NCBI GenBank assembly: GCA_028286645.1
Contig: JAQBRF010000002.1
Span: 186,518-250,517, forward strand
From: Candidatus Nomurabacteria bacterium
Lineage (GTDB): Bacteria > Patescibacteriota > Minisyncoccia > Phycocordibacterales > UBA5272
Direction of reading: 5' to 3'
DNA length: 64,000 bases
The notes under the pieces are model-generated. The model did no database searches, had not been told where the DNA came from, and worked only from the letters and a program-made list of their open reading frames with translations. The translations under genes and the position numbers were made by a program. This document shows, piece after piece, positions 58,705 to 64,000 of this stretch; position 1 is the stretch's first letter, and every line of letters starts with the position of its first letter.

Positions 58705-58715
58705 CGAGAGCCTTT

Positions 58716-59393
58716 ATGGCTTATGGTCTCGGGTCATCCCGGGGCCTTTTATTTTACCTCCGTTTTCTGTACAATGTAAGACATATGGAACTTCTGTCGC
58801 GATTGCTTGGCGGTGTAGATAGGGTGAAAATCATGCGTTTTTTCTTGCATCATGACGACGGAACTTTTACACCGAAAGACATTGTAGACAAAACAAAGTC
58901 CAAGAATAACATTATAAGAAAAGAACTCGGAGCCCTGTCAGCTATTGGATTTATAGAAAGAAAGAGGACTCGAACTATTTCAAAAAATGGAAAAGGCAAG
59001 GAAATCCTCGGATATAGGTTAAACCAAAGTTTCCCGCATAATCAAGCGCTTAAAGATTTACTCTTTGATTTTGAATTATTAGATAAAAGAGAGTTAGCAT
59101 CCAGATTTAAAACTGTTGGACGCATAAAGCTATTTATAGTTTCGGGAGTATTTGTAGGTGAAGAAAAATCCCGTGTTGATATATTGATTGTAGGAGAGGC
59201 CATTAAAAAACCAAAAGCAGAAAAGATTTTAGAAACGCTGTCGGCAGAACTTGGACGAGAAGTAGTCTATTCGATTATGGATGTAGAAGAATATGAATAT
59301 AGATACAAAATGTACGATAAATTCGTAAGAGACATATTTGATATGCCACACGAAAAGGTAGTAGATAAAATTACAGAAAAAGTTTTTATATAG
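58716..59393 (+). CDS. hypothetical winged-helix protein (alternative start at Met 58785, MELLSRLLGG)
   Basis: wHTH-like KDIVDKTKSKNNIIRKELGALSAIGFIERK. Confidence 0.3.
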   Translation: MAYGLGSSRGLLFYLRFLYNVRHMELLSRLLGGVDRVKIMRFFLHHDDGTFTPKDIVDKTKSKNNIIRKELGALSAIGFIERKRTRTISKNGKGKEILGYRLNQSFPHNQALKDLLFDFELLDKRELASRFKTVGRIKLFIVSGVFVGEEKSRVDILIVGEAIKKPKAEKILETLSAELGREVVYSIMDVEEYEYRYKMYDKFVRDIFDMPHEKVVDKITEKVFI

Positions 59394-60324
59394 AAGGGGT
59401 AAACTGAAGCAGGTAAGATTTATAGATTGAGATATATTTATTGAAACGATCCTGATCTTCTTTTGTGGTAGTTGCCGGGGTTCCCACTTTTGTAAAAACT
59501 GTATTTGTAAGTCCCATAGTTTTAGCTTTTTGATTCATATAATCTACGTAGGTAGGTTCACCTAAAGCGTAGGTATAAATCTTGCTTACATCATCATCTT
59601 CCTTTAATAAAAGTCTGGGGATTAATCTCCTTCTTGTCGTTACAGTAACTCTGTCAGTATCTAGTATGTCATTATCTTGAGGCAAAACTTCAAGCGAGAC
59701 TATCGCAACCATCTGTCTAGTCATTGTCATGTCTTCTATTTTATCGCTTGAAGTTGCCGTAGGAAGGAAATCGTTTTCGCCTCCACGAGTAATAATAATA
59801 GGAGTTCCTTTTTCAATAAACTCATATACAGTCTTAGCGTCTTCATCTCCTATTCGTATGCACCCTCCGCTGTATTCGCTAGACACTTTTTCTCCGCCTT
59901 CATAATAAGGAATGCCATGAATGAAAAAGTTGCCGAAAACGTGAACGCTATAGGGCATATAAACGTGCCCTATAGAGCTGAAGTGATTTCGTATTTTATA
60001 ATCATTTACATATTCTCCTCCGATTGTTTCATAGTATTTGCCTTGAGGCCCTTGAGCGACTATCGGCATGGTGGCAACGGTCGTGCTTCCATCGTGCAGT
60101 TCGAGCGTCATTTGATCTAAATGAACTACTACATACTTACCAGTTCTTACATATGGCAAAGGGGTATCATTTTTAATATCAATTTTAGTGTCGAGAGTTT
60201 GTATAACATTCTGAACTACGGGGCTTTCTTTAAATGAAGGAGAGATTATATGGATAATTCCGCCAATAAACAAAATCACTACGAGGATGGCGATTATTTT
60301 ACTTAAGTTAAAAGATGTAAACAT
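59386..60324 (-). CDS. L,D-transpeptidase (YkuD-family) with N-terminal TM anchor (ORF-track TTG start at 60399 over-extended)
   Basis: FFIHGIPYY...SGGCIRIGDE catalytic His/Cys motif. Confidence 0.55.
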   Translation of the reverse strand: MFTSFNLSKIIAILVVILFIGGIIHIISPSFKESPVVQNVIQTLDTKIDIKNDTPLPYVRTGKYVVVHLDQMTLELHDGSTTVATMPIVAQGPQGKYYETIGGEYVNDYKIRNHFSSIGHVYMPYSVHVFGNFFIHGIPYYEGGEKVSSEYSGGCIRIGDEDAKTVYEFIEKGTPIIITRGGENDFLPTATSSDKIEDMTMTRQMVAIVSLEVLPQDNDILDTDRVTVTTRRRLIPRLLLKEDDDVSKIYTYALGEPTYVDYMNQKAKTMGLTNTVFTKVGTPATTTKEDQDRFNKYISIYKSYLLQFTPSI

Positions 60325-60380
60325 ATGTTTCCGACTATACCATATAAGTGGATAATCGCGAAAATGTGACAATTTTAAAG

Positions 60381-60477
60381 GTATACCCCCCCACACCAAA
60401 GCTTGTTTATAAAACTTTTTCTAAAACCCTAAATATGTACATAAACATCTTTATATAACTTTGGTGTGGGGGTATAC
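60381..60477. repeat. inverted repeat GTATACCCCC(CC)ACACCAAAG ... CTTTGGTGTGGGGGTATAC flanking ~57 bp; same G/C core as 3308-3415
   Basis: Read directly. Confidence 0.8.
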
Positions 60478-60613
60478 TAAAGGTACCTTTATATGTCGAA
60501 GTATAAAGGTGTTTGCCCCGTAGTAAACATTTTATTTAAGTCTTTGTATAAAGATTGATTCTAAGTTTAATTACAGGGCATAATACACACTTTTATAATT
60601 AATAATTTCTAAT

Positions 60614-61297
60614 ATGTATAACAATTCACTAAATATTTTGGGACAAGCCTTAGTCGACACAGGGCTCACATTAATAGCGTTCCTTCCAAGCGTTGTTATC
60701 GCAATAATAATATTTGCACTAGGATGGCTCGCTGGAACTATTCTCGGTCGCGCCGTTTATCATCTTATTACTGTATTACGCATAGACACAGCTCTTCATA
60801 AGGCGGGCTTTGATAAGCTAAGTCAAAGAGCTGGTATGCGAGTATCTCTTGCAGGATTTCTTGCTAGCCTAATTAAGTGGTTGATAATAGTGGCGTTCAC
60901 TATTGCTTCTGCAGAAATTCTAGGCCTTACACAAGTAACACAGCTTCTAAGAGATATTCTAGTATTTATTCCGCAAGTAATTATCGCAGCTATAGTCTTG
61001 GTTATCGCAGCTCTTGTCGGAGATTTCGTTGCAAGATTGGTTGATCACTCAACGCGGGCCACAGGATTAAAAGGTCACTTTGCGGCACAAGTTGCTAAGT
61101 GGGCAATTATAATTATCGGAGGTATTTTCCCGGCACTTGCTCAATTGAAGATTGCACCAGGACTAGTTGAGGTGCTTTTCACAGGAATCGTATTCGCAGT
61201 TTCACTTGCTCTTGGTCTGTCGTTTGGACTTGGAGGGCGCGAGGCTGCTGCAAGAACAATAGAAAAGATGAAGTTTGAAGGGCCTACAGGTCTATAA
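60614..61297 (+). CDS. polytopic membrane protein with repeated conserved-TM-helix segments (MscS N-terminal-like), hypothetical
   Basis: 5-6 TM helices; no MscS beta domain. Confidence 0.3.
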   Translation: MYNNSLNILGQALVDTGLTLIAFLPSVVIAIIIFALGWLAGTILGRAVYHLITVLRIDTALHKAGFDKLSQRAGMRVSLAGFLASLIKWLIIVAFTIASAEILGLTQVTQLLRDILVFIPQVIIAAIVLVIAALVGDFVARLVDHSTRATGLKGHFAAQVAKWAIIIIGGIFPALAQLKIAPGLVEVLFTGIVFAVSLALGLSFGLGGREAAARTIEKMKFEGPTGL

Positions 61298-61312
61298 GAT
61301 TAGTATTAACAG

Positions 61313-61336
61313 AATGCAAACAAAAAGCCGAAAGGC
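61313..61336 (+). terminator. rho-independent terminator (AAAAGCC-GAAA-GGCTTTT)
   Basis: Read directly. Confidence 0.65.
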
Positions 61337-61384
61337 TTTTTGTTTATGTGATAGGATTTATAATAAGCTAAAAGGAGGGTAGAC

Positions 61385-61579
61385 ATGATCTTTCGAAAAG
61401 ATGACAAGGTTTACATTTTGCTCTGTCCCCAAACTCGCGAGGACTGTCTGAGCGGTCAAGGGCTTGGAGAAAACAGCGCTTATTGCGCTCGTTGCTTCAA
61501 GTATCATCTCCTCGGCGAATGCGAAAAACAGCCTATAACGGAGGCCGAGGCCCAAGATTTCGAGGCCCGCCTGGGCTGA
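61385..61579 (+). CDS. small Cys-containing protein (64 aa), GC-elevated, strong SD AAGGAGGG
   Basis: ORF with CxxC; SD 6 nt upstream; terminator follows. Confidence 0.3.
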   Translation: MIFRKDDKVYILLCPQTREDCLSGQGLGENSAYCARCFKYHLLGECEKQPITEAEAQDFEARLG

Positions 61580-61604
61580 AATACGAGGTTTGCGCTGCGT
61601 GGTA

Positions 61605-61637
61605 TTAGCCCCAGATTTATGGGGCTTTTGTTTTTGT
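61605..61637 (+). terminator. rho-independent terminator (AGCCCC-AGATTTAT-GGGGCT + T-run)
   Basis: Read directly. Confidence 0.65.
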
Positions 61638-61656
61638 TCATTTTCTCTAATAACTC

Positions 61657-61685
61657 TTGACTTCTATAGACCGTTTTGTTAAGAT
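61657..61685 (+). promoter_or_regulatory. candidate rRNA promoter TTGACT-17-TAAGAT
   Basis: Hexamer spacing; ~320 nt upstream of 23S 5' end. Confidence 0.4.
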
Positions 61686-62004
61686 ACTCCTACTGCTTAA
61701 TGTTAAAAACACAAGAAAAAACTGACTAACTAAACGGAGGAAAGTGACATCTTGTCCCTTGCCGCCGAAAGGCGTTTTTATTTTCTTAAATATTAAGCAG
61801 ATGTCGAACTTTGACAATAGAATCCCATGCACGACACGCGTTAACTAACTGTTATTCCAGTAGTAGAATTTTATCACTGGGGTCTAGCGGAGTTCGTGAC
61901 ATGGAAAACATGAAATAGACAATTAAATTACATATGCGATCTTTGTCGTATATGTGATTAGCACATTAAGAGAAGGAGCGGTCCTAATCTTAGTGGTAGT
62001 TATG

Positions 62005-64000
62005 TTTCCTAATAGGAACATAAGAGCATACGGTGAATGCCTAGGCTCTAAAGAGCGAAGAAAGACGTGATCAGGCTGCGATATGTTTCGGGGAGGTGCC
62101 TTATAACCTACGATCCGGAAATTTCTGAATGGGGAAACCCTCTTGGAGTAATGTCCAAGAGTCTAATGGAGCATTCCATAGACGCGCACCCAGGGAAGTG
62201 AAACATCTCAGTACCTGGAGGAAAAGAAAATAAAAATTATTCTGCAAGTAGCGGCGAGCGAAAACAGAGAAGCCCAAACCAAAAGTAGTAATACTTTTTG
62301 GGGTAGTAAGACAAAAACGTAGATTTCTAGAAGAGTTACAAAAGATAAGTATAGATAAAGTTGTTGGAAAGCAACGCCATAGAAAGTGAAAGCCTTGTTA
62401 TCGAAATATTTATCTCTCTTTTGTTTTTGATCTTGAGTAGTTCGAGACACGAATAGCTCGGATGAATCAGCCGGAACTAACCGGCAAGGCTAAATATCTT
62501 TAGAGACCGATAGTGAACTAGTACCGCAAGGGAAAGGTGAAAAGAACCCCGGGAGGGGAGTGAAATAGAACTGAAACCGTATGTTTACAAAGAGTAGAAG
62601 AGGTATTTATACCTCGACTGCGTGCCTATTGAAGAATGAGCCAACGAGTTGTAGGTTACTGCAGGCTAAGGGGCATAAAGTCCTGGAGCCATAGCGAAAG
62701 CAAGTATGATAAGTGCGACCAAATTGTAGTAGCTTACAGACCCGAAGCCGGATGAGCTTACCATGAGCAGGGTGAAGTATACCGAAAGGTATATGGAGGC
62801 CCGAACCAGTAGACAGTACAACTTCTTTGGATGACTTGTGGTAAGGAGTGAAAAGCTAATCGAATTCGGTAATAGCTGGTTCTCTCCGAAATAGTTTTTG
62901 GACTAGCGTCGCGTGTTCCCTCTGGGGGTAGAGCACTGGAAGGTTTTTACTAGTAGCAATACGGAAAAACCTATCAAACTCCGAATACCAGAGGTTAAAA
63001 ATGCGGCAGTAAGACCACGGGGGCGAAGCTCCGTCGGTCAAAAGGGAAACAGCCCAGATCTCAAGTTAAGGTCCCTAAGTATATATTAAGTGTAAGCGAG
63101 GAGGTGGAGTTTCATTGACAATGAGGATGTTGGCTTAGAAGCAGCCATCATTGAAAGAAAGCGTAATAGCTCACCCATCGAGAGACTCTGCGCCATAAAT
63201 GATCGGGACTCAAATATATCACCGAAACTGAGGGCTTGATAACTTTTCGAAGTTTTCAAGCGGTAGGAGAGTGTTCCACTCTGCGTTGAAGCGGAAGGGG
63301 TAACCCACCGTGGAGCGTGTGGAAGTACGAATGTTGGCACAAGTAACCGCAATGGGGGTGAGATCCCCCCACGCCGAAAGAATAAGGTTTCCTTTGCAAT
63401 GATTGTCAGCGAAGGGTTAGTCGGGCCTAAGGAGATGGCAAACGCCGGATCCGATGGACATAAGGTTAATATTCCTTAACTCGGTACTAATGTGATGGGA
63501 TGACGGAGGGTAGTATATAAGGCGTCTTATTGGATTGACGTTTATTATGTAAGAACGAGAGGCAGGGAAATCCACCTCTCTGACTTTAATGTCAAGTTCA
63601 AGCATCGTATGAAGGCGCGGGGCAACCCAAACCAACTTTATAAAGCACGCTTCCGAGAAAAGTCTCTACATTCTGTGAATACAGAACGTCTATATGTGTC
63701 TTGGTTTATTCTAAGATACATATAGATGCTTAAGTTAGTATTGATCCGTACCGCAAACCGACACAGGTATTCAGGTCGAGTAGACCAAGGCGAACGAGTG
63801 ATATCTCCCAAAGGAACTAGGCAAAAAAGCGATCGTAAGTTAGCGATAAGATCTGCCCCCATCACTTTGTTTTTAAACAAAGTGCGGGTCCTAGAGAATT
63901 GGATAGAGACAACCGTAACTATGCTAGAGCTAGCATGGTTACAAAAAATGTTTGTGTTTATTAGTGAGTGATCGTGTATTTCATTGAGAATTTTTGTTCT
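62005..64000 (+). rRNA. rrl: 23S rRNA, 5' ~2 kb (continues beyond window); start approximate (+/-30)
   Basis: AAGAGCATACGGTGAATGCCTAGG...GAAGAAAGACGTG, GGGAAGTGAAACATCTCAGTACC...GTAGCGGCGAGCGAAA, CCGATAGTGAACTAGTACCGCAAGGGAAAGGTGAAAAGAACCCCGGGAGGGGAGTGAAATAGAACTGAAACCG match universal 23S domain I-III. Confidence 0.9.

Noticed and set aside
60325-60399. TTG-initiated 25-codon extension of the L,D-transpeptidase ORF
   Set aside because: The extension runs through the G/C inverted-repeat element. The ATG at 60324 begins a plausible N-terminal TM anchor (MFTSFNLSKIIAILVVILFIGG).
62005-63950. Group I intron or homing-endonuclease insertion in the 23S rRNA
   Set aside because: The first ~1.9 kb aligns collinearly by eye with E. 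coli 23S domains I-III at similar spacing. No ORF or extra block appears, and only the final ~40 nt are ambiguous.
1-64000. CRISPR arrays, tRNA genes, 16S rRNA, transposase/integrase genes
   Set aside because: I scanned for regularly spaced direct repeats, tRNA T-arm/acceptor patterns (GGTTCGAATCC-like), 16S signatures and transposase/integrase motifs. None was found, and the dispersed 26-nt motif is not arrayed like CRISPR. No tRNA lies upstream of the 23S gene.

Overview
The window is an AT-rich, gene-dense bacterial segment with the gene content and layout of a small-genome Patescibacteria/CPR-like organism. This placement is an inference: L30 is missing between S5 and L15, core genes carry no Shine-Dalgarno sequences, there are many large secreted surface proteins, ComEC is present, and biosynthetic genes are absent. 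I assumed the standard genetic code, since ribosomal proteins read through full length. The syntenic backbone holds recJ (C-terminal fragment), yhhQ, rnhA, comEC, rpmB, rpsL-rpsG-fusA, tuf, the S10/spc ribosomal-protein cluster (rpsJ through rplO) followed by secY-adk-map, then efp, recA, ftsK, rplJ-rplL, and the first ~2 kb of a 23S rRNA gene with no 16S upstream. Several things overlie this backbone. A ~1.6-kb GC-rich island (about 17555-19200) encodes a signal-peptide protein and a bactofilin-like protein, and both have strong Shine-Dalgarno sites that host genes lack. A ~26-nt motif (ATCTAAAATCTAATGTCTAAAATCTA) is dispersed across the window and lies immediately upstream of many start codons. 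A G/C-cored inverted-repeat element (TACCCCCACACC...GGTGTGGGGGTA) occurs at two loci. Non-ribosomal cargo interrupts the ribosomal superoperon three times: an EEP nuclease/phosphatase after rplX, a 4.7-kb four-gene block between rplE and rpsN, and an acidic protein between rplO and secY. The str operon is also split between fusA and tuf. Four paralogous secreted proteins share a Cys-bracketed peptidoglycan-binding N-terminal module. An orphan 904-aa VirD4/TraG-like P-loop ATPase has a large novel N-terminal domain. A structured GC-elevated region plus a tiny lipoprotein ORF lies downstream of rplL. All calls come from reading the ORF translations and the DNA by eye. No database search was possible, so family assignments rest on recognised motifs and are hypotheses.
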